Shown one piece after another: positions 49,911 through 59,087 of a DNA stretch of 64,000 nucleotides (positions are counted from its first letter, which is position 1; each line of letters opens with the position of its first letter). Position numbers and translations under genes: made by a program. The notes below the pieces were generated by a model, which was given only the letters and a program-made list of their open reading frames with translations, was not told where the DNA came from and searched no databases. The stretch spans positions 682,001 through 746,000 of the forward strand of contig CAKKNE010000005.1 of NCBI GenBank assembly GCA_918797485.1. Direction: 5' to 3'. This DNA is from Pelagomonas calceolata (taxonomy: Eukaryota).

Positions 49911-51194
49911 CTACACAGGCGCCCCGCCGCCAGCAGCCTTCAAAATCCACGCGACGGCCGGCCCGTCGCCGCCGGCCACGTCGTCGCGCAGCGCCGCCAG
50001 GACGCCGCGGTCCGCGCCCGCGGCCAGGGCGCACTTGCTGAGGTAACACCGCGCGAACGCGCCCCGGGACGCGTCGCCGAAGCCGCGGGCAACCCTCGCG
50101 AGCCGCGCCGCGACGGCGTCGACGGCCTCGTCGCCGAACTCGCAACAGCCCAGTAGCGCACTTTCCACATAGAACCGCGGCGCGAGGAGCCGCAGCGCGT
50201 GGACCTTCGCCATCCAATTCCCGTGCGTGTCGCGCGCCGTCGGCGTCGCGCGCTGGTCCTTTTCTTTTTCCCGCAAGCGCGCGAGGACCAATGCGGCGAA
50301 GGTATCAAGCGTCCGCACGGCCGACACGAAGTCTTGAGCCGTCGCCGCCATCCCCGCGACCTCGTCCGCGACGAGCTGCAGGCTCTCCACGCGGTCGCCG
50401 CGCGCCCAGACGGCCTCGAGGCGGCCGTCGTCGGGCGCGGCGGCTACGTGCGCCCAGTGCGAGGCCCAGTCGGGGCGGCTCGCGTCGACGGCGACTGTCT
50501 TGGGCGGCGCCGCGAGCGGATGAGAGTCCATGGCGACACGCTCCCGCCCCGAGGGCCGCACGAGCAGCACCTCGAAGCGCCTCATTCCCCCATCGTCGCG
50601 GAGGAGGACCTCGACGGCGTGCCTCCGCAGCGCGGCGGCAAGGGAGGCGTAGGCTATTGGCTCGTGCCGCTCGCACGCGAGGAGAGCGGTGGAGCCGGCC
50701 GCGATCGCCGCGTCCACCAACGAACACAGCGCCTGTACACTGTCCTGGTGGTAGCAGACGTCAGCGCCCAGCACGAGATCGCAGGCCGGCAGGGCATCCG
50801 TATTCCAATCGAGGGCCGCCACCGACACGTCGCACCCACACAGGGACTGGACCCAGCCGTTGCGCGTCGCGTTGCGTCGGAGGAGGGCGAGGTTTTCTGG
50901 CAGATCTGTGAGCACGACGCGGGCGGCGCCGAGCGCCGCGCACGCGAGGCCGGCGATGCCCGTCCCGCTTCCCAGCTCGACGATGCGTTTGCCGGCGACG
51001 AGCTCCCGGCGCGACTGCAAGAGTTCCACGAGCCGCTCGCCGCCCTTCCACACCGTGCAGGCCGTGCCTAATGGATCTGTGCCGCCCAGTGTTGGTGGTG
51101 TTTGCTCCAACTCCAGCGCCGCGGGGCCGACGGGCACGGTCCTGTGCGCGATGAAGCGCTGCTCGAAGGGCATGTCGGCGGTGTCGTCCCACAT
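49911..51194 (-). CDS. METTL21-family methyltransferase fused to a VPS35L-like segment
   Basis: ACTVWKGG, VELGSGTG, LTDL, LDW, LGADVCY; then NWMAKV..LRLLAPRFYVESALL...RL...RGFGD...FARCYL. Confidence 0.75.
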   Translation of the reverse strand: MWDDTADMPFEQRFIAHRTVPVGPAALELEQTPPTLGGTDPLGTACTVWKGGERLVELLQSRRELVAGKRIVELGSGTGIAGLACAALGAARVVLTDLPENLALLRRNATRNGWVQSLCGCDVSVAALDWNTDALPACDLVLGADVCYHQDSVQALCSLVDAAIAAGSTALLACERHEPIAYASLAAALRRHAVEVLLRDDGGMRRFEVLLVRPSGRERVAMDSHPLAAPPKTVAVDASRPDWASHWAHVAAAPDDGRLEAVWARGDRVESLQLVADEVAGMAATAQDFVSAVRTLDTFAALVLARLREKEKDQRATPTARDTHGNWMAKVHALRLLAPRFYVESALLGCCEFGDEAVDAVAARLARVARGFGDASRGAFARCYLSKCALAAGADRGVLAALRDDVAGGDGPAVAWILKAAGGGAPV

Positions 51195-51436
51195 TTCTAC
51201 GACTGCGCCGGCTTGCTTGCGTTGATGCCCCCCGTCCCTGCGATGACTAACGACTGCACGGGTACAGGCCGCACGAATGGCGGTAGGGTGCTCTCCTGCA
51301 GCCTGTCCACTCGGCCGCAGCAGGACTCGCACGGCTCGCCGCAGCTGCAGCAGGAATACCAGTCGCCGACTCAGACCTCGTTCAGCTGCTCGCACGATCC
51401 AATGTTGCTCGTAGACGCGCGCCGAGTAGTCCAGTT

Positions 51437-51460
51437 GCTAGCGGCATGTAAGACACTAGG
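51437..51460 (+). promoter_or_regulatory. Double-CTAG element
   Basis: gctagcggcatgtaagacactagg in a divergent gap. Confidence 0.65.
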
Positions 51461-51715
51461 CATCCTGGACAAGTTTTGCCCGCGCCCATTGCGGCACGCC
51501 CTGCAGCATTCCACGTGCAAGAGCTGCCAAGACAACGCCACTCATACACACAAGGCCATACGCAGTTGCCGCGCGCAACGCCACCGTGCAAAGGAAAAGG
51601 GCTGTCTCGCCGCCGCCGCGACTTCTTAACACGCGCGGCGCGACGGTGCAGCGCCACGCGCCCGCAGCACCCTAAATAGCACAGCCGGTGCAGCGCCCCA
51701 CACTAAACCGCAGCC

Positions 51716-52366
51716 ATGGCCGAGGAGTCCAAGGGCGACGCGGAGACCACCCTCGATAAAAACTCCGCGGCGACGGAAGATGCCAGCGAGCAGTTCAAGA
51801 ACATCAAGATGGCCACGATCTTGTCCGGGGAGAAGAACGCTAGAGGTATACCCTACGTGGCGTTCATCGATAGCGTTGAAGGCACGCTGGCTACGACCAC
51901 AGATGGCACTGTTGAGAAGCTGATAGGAGCCATGAACGAGCTCCACCAGAAGTTCAAGATTCTGGAGGGCCACAAAGCGCGAACGAAGGCCTCCATGAAG
52001 CTGAAAATCCCCGAGATTAAAAGAACACTACAATTAGTGAGACACATCCAGGAGAAACACGAAGCCTCAGAAGACTTCGGTGCTCATTATTCTCTCTCGG
52101 AAATGCTCTATGGTCGCGCCAAAGTCACGCCCGACGGGACCGTGTGTCTATGGCTCGGTGCGAACGTCATGGTCGAGTATCCCTACGATGAAGCTATATC
52201 TATCTTGGAGTTATCTCTGAAGAATGCTTGTCTGAGGAGAGACATCTGCGAGGAGGACCTGGACATGGTGCGCGACCAGATCATCACCGTCGAGGTGAAC
52301 ATCGCGCGCGTCTTCAACCATGATGTGGTTAGAAGGCGGCAGGCCAAGGGCGAGGTCGAGGCGTGA
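51716..52366 (+). CDS. PFDN3: Prefoldin subunit 3
   Basis: NARGIP..FI, KIPEIKRTL, VCLWLGANVMVEY, RDQIITVEVNIARVFNHDV. Confidence 0.95.
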   Translation: MAEESKGDAETTLDKNSAATEDASEQFKNIKMATILSGEKNARGIPYVAFIDSVEGTLATTTDGTVEKLIGAMNELHQKFKILEGHKARTKASMKLKIPEIKRTLQLVRHIQEKHEASEDFGAHYSLSEMLYGRAKVTPDGTVCLWLGANVMVEYPYDEAISILELSLKNACLRRDICEEDLDMVRDQIITVEVNIARVFNHDVVRRRQAKGEVEA

Positions 52367-52573
52367 GTTGGGTGGTTGGGGGGTAACTAGTTTTCTCGTT
52401 ATTGCGTCGATGGCGTCGGGCTGGGTAGTCCTCGACGGACGCGCCGCCACCACGGCCGCGCGTCAGCCCCCGGGAGCTGGCGATCGGCCCGTCTCAGCGC
52501 GGTGACTCATCAGACTAGCATAGAGGGCTCCCGCGCACTACTCCAACGCTGATCGCTGCTAGAAAAATGCTAG

Positions 52574-52590
52574 GCTAGTGTGTTACAGGC
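52574..52590 (-). promoter_or_regulatory. Double-CTAG element (second box missing)
   Basis: gctagtgtgttacaggc upstream of C2CD3. Confidence 0.5.
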
Positions 52591-52777
52591 ACAAAAACAG
52601 AGTCGCGCGCCAGCCAGTTTACGGCTCTGCTGCCGCTTCGGCGTGACACGAGAGGTCGCGGACCGCTGCGTGGACGCCTTCACAGCCGCGGTGACGGCGT
52701 GCGAGCTGGCCACACGCCCTCGAAAGCTTGTAACCGAGGGCGCGCTCTCAGGCGCTTAAATAAAAAAATTAAATACG

Positions 52778-55700
52778 ATGCCGCCGCTGCGCGAGAAGAC
52801 GAACGCCAAGCCCACGACGAGCGAAGATAGGGTCGGCGCGTCCCTGCCGCCGAGGATCGAAGGCGCCACGCGCGGCGAATTGGACGTGCGCGTCTCCGAG
52901 CTACGAGGCGCGGAGGGCTTGACCCTGGTCCTAAGGTGGTGGGGCGAGGGCGATCAGAGTGGAGGCGTGGCCTTCGACGTGACGCGCAAGAACCAGAAAA
53001 GGGGCAAGGCGCAGTGCCTGTTTCCGAGTCGCGTCGACGGCGCGGGACTAGGCCGATATCTCAAGGACGCTCGAGTGCTGAGGTTCGACGTCGTGGCCCA
53101 TGGCCGCGTCGTGGGCGCCCTGAAAGTCCCTCTGTCCAAGGCGCCCGTCGGTGCTATTCAAGATGACGGCGAGAAGTCACTGGTCGATGCAAGGTTCAGT
53201 GCAGCCCAGATCCAGGAGATCGGACTGACACCAGCTCAATTGGCGCGACGACCTCCCAGAAAGCAGCTCGGCTCGGTGCGCGTCAAGGTCGTGGCCAGGA
53301 TGGGCAAGGCTTCCAAGGTGAAAAACGCGACGACCGTCCAAGGCGCCCTCAAGCAGTCCGTCGATCTACCTCCTACAACAGACCACAAAGACACGATGGA
53401 AGGGCGGCTCGCGAGTGCGGGGAACCGCTTTTATAGGGACCCGGAGGCGCTCGGCGAAGCGATGCCGGTGGGCAAAGCAGGCGTTCGTAGGAAACAACCT
53501 TCACCGGAACAGGTCTACAAGATGAGGCAGTCGGAAGAGAACCCCTGGGGCGCTCCGGAAGAGCACAAGACGGGCGGTTTGTCCAACGAGCCGGCGTCGG
53601 TCTTCGCGGGGCCATCGACTACGGAGACGACTCCAGCATCAGTGTTTGGTGGCCCATCCTCGGCGGGCTCCGCCGTGGGTTCCGCCGTGGCCGCGGCCTT
53701 CGGCGGACCCGGGGGCTCGGCGGCGTCGCCGGAAACCTTCGGCGGGCCGTCTACGGCGGCCTCGGCGGCGTCGCCCGCGGCCTTCGGCGCGCCGGGCGAC
53801 GAGCTCACGACCATCGACGAGCGCACGACGCCGCCTTCGTCGAAGACGGCCGTCGCGCGCCACGACATGCAAGAGGCACCACCGGCGACGCTCGAAGCGT
53901 TGTTAAGAAGGGGCGAAGCGCTGAGAGAACATGTCTTACAAGTCGAGCACGCCTCGGGCCTCAAAGACGACGGCGCCGCCGTCGCCGCATTTCTAGATGA
54001 CGAATTGATAGCAGCAACAGAAAGCACCAAGCCGCCCGAACCGCCGCCATCATCGCAAATCGGCAAGGCGCCCGCCGAGGAGGCTCCGGCGCCGGCGGCG
54101 GAAGGCGTCCCCCCGGCGCCCGCTCTAGAGGGCGGTGGCGTCACGGCGCCCCTCGCCACGACCTTCCCTTCATCAGCCCCTCTAGAAGCTCTGGAACGAA
54201 GGGCCCAGGCCCTCGCCGCGGACGTCGAGGACGACGCCGCTGAGTACTTAGCTCACGAGGACGACGCGTTAGTTGATGAACTTTTGAGAGATCCGGAGAT
54301 CCAGCGGGCCATCGCGCCGTCTCCACAACAAGTTGTCGAGGCGCCGCCGCCGCCGCCTCCACAAGAACAACCTGTGGTGGAGGCATTCACGACGCCTGTT
54401 GTTCAAGAACCTCTAGACCCGCGGCAGCTGCGATGTCTGCTGCGCGTGCGGAGCGGGTTGCTCAACCGGGAGACGGCCGCCGCGTCGTCCGCGGCGCGCG
54501 TCGCGCACCACTGGGCCCTGCCTAATTCTGTAGACCGCTCCTACAGGAGACGCGACGGCAAGTACGGGAGCGACTACGTCGCGGGAGAGCGGCAGGGTTC
54601 CCGAAGTGTGTACGCCTTTGCGTATGACTGCAGTTCCCCTTACTCGACGTCGTGCTCCTTCAACGCTTTACAAATAGTAGAAGTGTGGTGCAAAAGTTAC
54701 GATGGAGTGACCGATAGTCTAGTAGGCGTCGCGAAGGTACCTCTCTCCCAACTCTCATCAAAAGTGCAGGCCGCGTCGCGACGAGTCAGCCGGGCCCACC
54801 GGCTAACGGAGACGGCCTTTTCTCGTGTTGATGACTGGTTAATCGACGAATCGCGAGCGTTAGTATCAGATTCAAGTATTGATATCGTGGACCCGTTATC
54901 CGCACAGAAGAAAGGGACCATCCAAGTCTCATTAGCTGTAGGAACACCTACACAGCTACGCCACCTAGACGACGCGCGCACGTACGACGCGGCGCGGCTC
55001 CTCCAAGCGAACCACCGGGGAAGAGCTTCTCGACGAGCCCATCGAGGGTTATTCGACGACGGTGCCACGGAACCGCTCTCGAGGGCCGTCGACGAGGAGT
55101 TCTTCGCCCCCGAGGAGGAAGAAGGCAATCTCGCGGAGTCGATACCCATCCAGGGCGTCGTCCAGCACACGCTCGAAGTGTCCCTGACGGGCGAGTGTTC
55201 GTTGCCGACGGACTCGGGGGCGTCGGTGACGTATCGCCTGGCGAACGCGGACCAGGAGCTCTGGTGGGATTCAGATAGTGCGAGACTGAACTCTAGGTTG
55301 CGCCACGACTTCTCGACGCCTCTTGCGTCAGTAGAGGTGGCTGCCGTGCGCTGTCTGGTCGGGGATGGGTCGTCTGGTGTTGACTTTAGTGTTGAGGTCG
55401 AGGGCGATGCATATGTTGCTCGATTACCTATCAGGGACGTGAAAGCACTAGTGCGGAGGGACGTGCGGGACTTTGCTTGTACGTTGCCTTTGACGAGACG
55501 AGGTCAAAGTACACCATTCACTTTACCCTTGACTTTTGGCTACAGGCGCGAGCCGGACGCCGTCGCTAGGGTGCGGGCGTCGCGCGAGTCTCTGACGGTA
55601 GCGGAAGAATCATTGGTCGAGGAGGAGGAGGAGCCCACGGTCATCGTGCGCGCGCGGCGCGCCTTCCTGCAGGACGAGGCTCCGGCGCCCCGCGACGACA

Positions 55701-57691
55701 ACAATGACGAGACCCTCTCGCTCACGGTGAGCGGCGCTAGAGGTCTAGGAGCCGTGCTACGGGCCTGGCGCACGCAGGGCCGCGGCTCTGGCACGTTCCC
55801 CCTCGAGGAGACCGCTCACGTGACGTACGCGGCCGATCTCGAAGTGCGCGTTCTAGATGCGAACGACGAACTGCTGGCGACCATGACGTCGCCGTCGTTC
55901 TCTTTTTCAGGAGCGGACGAGGAGAACGACGTGCTGGATTCGACCGTGTTGTTACCTCAGAGGTCAGTATCGATCGATGCCGCGGCGTCGCTGGACTTTG
56001 CTATCCGACTAGTAGATGTCCGCGCGGGCGCGGCGTCCGCGGCGGTGGACGGGCCGTTGGGAGTGCCCATCGCTTCCGGGCGAGCTTCGCTGCCGATCGA
56101 CGGCTGGGTGCGCATCAGTGGTGATGGCAACTACCGAGGCGCGCTCCGCGTGCGTGCGGCGTACACGTCTGACGTCGCTCCACCATTGTCGCCCGTCGCG
56201 CCTGCCTCGCCCGTCGCGGCACCACCAGCACCGGTCGCGGCGCCTCCGCCACCGACCATGGCCGACGCCGCGACGTCGCTCGATGCGGACCGCTTGACGG
56301 CCATCATGCGCCAAGCTTTGCAACCGGCTATCTTACCGTCGACGGAACCTTCCATATATACGGATGAAAATACTTCAGTGCGCATAGCCATCGAGAAGGT
56401 CGAGGGCTTGCCTAACGAGGACTGGAGGTGGACCGTGGCGTGGAAAGTGGACGGCAACGACTACGCGACGCCGCCCGTCGCCGGTGCTTCATCTGTCGAT
56501 TTCGGGGGTTGGGCGGCCGTCGCCAAGATCCCTACTCGTAGATTAGCGACATCATCGGTAGTGTTCGAGGTCCTCCAGGGCGAGGCCAACCGGCCGACGG
56601 CGTCGATCGTTGGAAAGACGACGGTGGATTTGGGAATGCTGGCCTGCGGCTTGTCCTGCGTCGACGGCGCGTATCGGTTGTCCGATGATTTCTGCCGGGA
56701 GAAAGGTGTCTTAACCGTGAAGATCGGAACCGTGTCTGAGGAAGAGGAGGCATCCCTGCCGCCGCCGACGCCGTCGCAGGAGGTGCAACTGCCGCCGGAC
56801 CCGCGCTCGGACTCGCCCGACGCCTTCGCCCGTCAAAGGGAACACGAGCGGAGCGAAGCTTTGAGGCGACGAGCCCACGCGCTCGAAGCTGCGGTTGGGG
56901 AGGAGGCTAGACGACTCGGCGATCTGGGCAGCATGCTGCGGTCCCTGGAGAACTTGGGAGGGAGGCTGCTGACCTTTGGGCAGGAGGCATCTGAATCATC
57001 GGAGGACGATAATGATGATGATATCGAGGTCGAGGCCGTCGCCCAGTCGCCGGGCTTTTTGGCGCCGCCGCCCTGGGAGCGGCCCCAGGAGGAAGAAGAA
57101 GACGACGCCTGGTCTGACGCGCCGCCGTCGCCCGAAGAACCGGAGTCGCCCCAAAGGGTCGCGCACGCGACGAACGCCCTGGCGGAATCTTTAAGGAAGA
57201 AATACGACGCGGACGCGGCGGCTCTCGCCGCGGAGCGCGCGGCGGCGTCGCAAGAACTCCAACGAGCCGCCGCGGAACGGGAGGCGTTAGCTGCAGAATT
57301 GCGCAAGGCCGCGGAAGAACGGCGGAAACTTGAGGAACGGACGTCGTTACTAGAACAGCGGGAAGCGCAGCATCGTTTAAATGCGGAGAACGAGGCCAAA
57401 GAACGCGCCGAGGCGAGCGCGGCCCTCGCGGCGCAGGCGGCCGCGGCGGCGGCCGAGGAAGCGGCGAAGGCTGTGCAACCGACGCGCCTCGCCGCGATAA
57501 ATGACGAGGTCCACGCGGCCGAGGACGAGTTGCGGGCGGCGCGCGCGGACCTGGTGCGGCACGCGGACGAGCAGCCCTCGGACTCGGGGGCCTCGTCGAC
57601 GTCCTCCGGCCGGCGCTACCGCGACCCGCGCTTCGCGGCGGCCGAGACGGAGCGGATCGCGCGGATCATGCGGGGAGCGCTGTCCGCGTAA
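52778..57691 (+). CDS. C2CD3: C2CD3-like centriolar C2-domain protein
   Basis: N-terminal SLPPRIEG..RG.L...LRWWGE...YLKD..VL and C-terminal ETERIARIM match recalled C2CD3 termini; several C2-like regions; IQ motif. Confidence 0.75.
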   Translation: MPPLREKTNAKPTTSEDRVGASLPPRIEGATRGELDVRVSELRGAEGLTLVLRWWGEGDQSGGVAFDVTRKNQKRGKAQCLFPSRVDGAGLGRYLKDARVLRFDVVAHGRVVGALKVPLSKAPVGAIQDDGEKSLVDARFSAAQIQEIGLTPAQLARRPPRKQLGSVRVKVVARMGKASKVKNATTVQGALKQSVDLPPTTDHKDTMEGRLASAGNRFYRDPEALGEAMPVGKAGVRRKQPSPEQVYKMRQSEENPWGAPEEHKTGGLSNEPASVFAGPSTTETTPASVFGGPSSAGSAVGSAVAAAFGGPGGSAASPETFGGPSTAASAASPAAFGAPGDELTTIDERTTPPSSKTAVARHDMQEAPPATLEALLRRGEALREHVLQVEHASGLKDDGAAVAAFLDDELIAATESTKPPEPPPSSQIGKAPAEEAPAPAAEGVPPAPALEGGGVTAPLATTFPSSAPLEALERRAQALAADVEDDAAEYLAHEDDALVDELLRDPEIQRAIAPSPQQVVEAPPPPPPQEQPVVEAFTTPVVQEPLDPRQLRCLLRVRSGLLNRETAAASSAARVAHHWALPNSVDRSYRRRDGKYGSDYVAGERQGSRSVYAFAYDCSSPYSTSCSFNALQIVEVWCKSYDGVTDSLVGVAKVPLSQLSSKVQAASRRVSRAHRLTETAFSRVDDWLIDESRALVSDSSIDIVDPLSAQKKGTIQVSLAVGTPTQLRHLDDARTYDAARLLQANHRGRASRRAHRGLFDDGATEPLSRAVDEEFFAPEEEEGNLAESIPIQGVVQHTLEVSLTGECSLPTDSGASVTYRLANADQELWWDSDSARLNSRLRHDFSTPLASVEVAAVRCLVGDGSSGVDFSVEVEGDAYVARLPIRDVKALVRRDVRDFACTLPLTRRGQSTPFTLPLTFGYRREPDAVARVRASRESLTVAEESLVEEEEEPTVIVRARRAFLQDEAPAPRDDNNDETLSLTVSGARGLGAVLRAWRTQGRGSGTFPLEETAHVTYAADLEVRVLDANDELLATMTSPSFSFSGADEENDVLDSTVLLPQRSVSIDAAASLDFAIRLVDVRAGAASAAVDGPLGVPIASGRASLPIDGWVRISGDGNYRGALRVRAAYTSDVAPPLSPVAPASPVAAPPAPVAAPPPPTMADAATSLDADRLTAIMRQALQPAILPSTEPSIYTDENTSVRIAIEKVEGLPNEDWRWTVAWKVDGNDYATPPVAGASSVDFGGWAAVAKIPTRRLATSSVVFEVLQGEANRPTASIVGKTTVDLGMLACGLSCVDGAYRLSDDFCREKGVLTVKIGTVSEEEEASLPPPTPSQEVQLPPDPRSDSPDAFARQREHERSEALRRRAHALEAAVGEEARRLGDLGSMLRSLENLGGRLLTFGQEASESSEDDNDDDIEVEAVAQSPGFLAPPPWERPQEEEEDDAWSDAPPSPEEPESPQRVAHATNALAESLRKKYDADAAALAAERAAASQELQRAAAEREALAAELRKAAEERRKLEERTSLLEQREAQHRLNAENEAKERAEASAALAAQAAAAAAEEAAKAVQPTRLAAINDEVHAAEDELRAARADLVRHADEQPSDSGASSTSSGRRYRDPRFAAAETERIARIMRGALSA

Positions 57692-57713
57692 GTTTTTGGG
57701 AGAATTTCTGAGT

Positions 57714-58568
57714 TCATTTAGGCAGCCTCGCAATCGCGTCGGCGAGCGTCTTGGCGAGCTCCGCCCGCTCTTGGGCGAGTTTCGCGCGCGCCGTCCGAAA
57801 CGCGTCCCGAGTTTCTTCCCGGTCGCGGAGCGCGTCTCGAGCGTCTTGCAAATTATCCTCAAACGCCTCTGTGATCGGATGCACACCACCGAGCACGCGC
57901 CGCGCGATCCGTTCCGCGTCCTCGAGCGTCTCCACGGCCTCGCGGAGATCTTCGAGCGTGGCGCCGTCGTCCTCGTAGAGCGCCCGCGCGTAACTCGACC
58001 TCATTCTGAGCGTATATTCATGCGAATTTCCGAGAACGCGTCGCGCCACGGGGATTGTTTTGCGCGTCAGTGTCTTGGCATCGTTGAAACGACGAGAGGC
58101 GATGAGCACAAGAGCGTAGCAGAGCGCTTCTCTAATGGTTTCTACATGTTCCTTACCTGATAGCTTCAAGCGTTGGGCGTAGACCTCTCGCCGTACGCGC
58201 AGAGCCTCTTCGTGCCGTCCAAGCATATGATACGTATTCGCAAGATTGCCCTGCGCGGCGAGAATGTTACGTTCCGATGCGCCAAGGCGCCGCTCCGTAG
58301 ACAAGTGGGCCTGTTTCACGGCCAACGCGTCCTCGTGGTGGCCCGCGGCGGACAAACTGTTCCCAAGCTGCACCATCGCCATGCGCCGATCTTGGTCCGA
58401 ATCCGGCCGTCCCAAGTACGTCTTCCAGCAAGCCCACCCGAGCGCGCCCCGCACGACGCCGTGGTAATTTTGTTCGCACAGACTACACGAGTACCACCGT
58501 TTCCACCTCTCATCGAACGCCTCGTCGCCCAAATTATTCGCCTCGACCTCGTCCGTCAAAATCTTGAC
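57714..58568 (-). pseudogene. 5'-truncated MYND/RING/TPR-family gene
   Basis: Begins mid-RING region (KILTDEVEANNL...RWYSCSLCEQ..ALGWACW) directly at the AT-rich junction; TPR-like repeats with intact C-terminus. Confidence 0.7.
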
Positions 58569-58760
58569 CTTATAAGAATTTATCATATTTACCAAAGTGT
58601 GTAACTTTTAAAGTTAAGAGAAAACTACCAAACAACCTTGTCGTAGCATACGGCACCGAAGGTTATCCTGTGAGATTTCACAAATATCAACTAGACGTAA
58701 ATGCAGACTGTTCCTATAATTTTAGCAGGATTAAAAAAAGAAGTTGAGAAAAAAATGACT
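58568..58760. other. AT-rich insert between two truncated TPR genes
   Basis: 58 G+C in the 180 nt 58571-58750 (about 32%), sharply below the flanks. Confidence 0.75.
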
Positions 58761-58782
58761 CCACCTCCTCCACCTCCTCAGT

Positions 58783-59076
58783 CTCGAAGAAGCCATGTCG
58801 TTGCTTCGCAAAACGCTGCCCGTGGCGCGACGCGTCCTCGGGGATATGCATGATCACACGATCTATATGAGGCGGAATTACGCGATGGCGCTCTACAGAG
58901 ACCCCGCGGCCTCACTCGACGATCTCCGCGAGGCCGTGACGACGCTCGAGGACACGGTTCGAACCGCGCGGCGCGTGCTCGGCGGCGCGCACCCGCTCGT
59001 AGTGGGGATTGAGCAACATCTGCGAATCTCGCGAGCCGTCCTCCGCGCCCGCGAGACGCCGCCCCCGAGCGCGTAA
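58783..59076 (+). pseudogene. 3' fragment of a MYND/RING/TPR-family gene
   Basis: LEEAMSLLRKTLPVARRVLG...DDLREAVTTLED..RTARRVLGGAHP...RARETP. Confidence 0.7.
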
Positions 59077-59087
59077 GAATTTCATAA

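Noticed and set aside
384..52590. CTAG repeats as CRISPR repeats or MITEs
   Set aside because: Single dispersed copies kilobases apart, no spacer array, no cas genes, no TSDs or shared flanks
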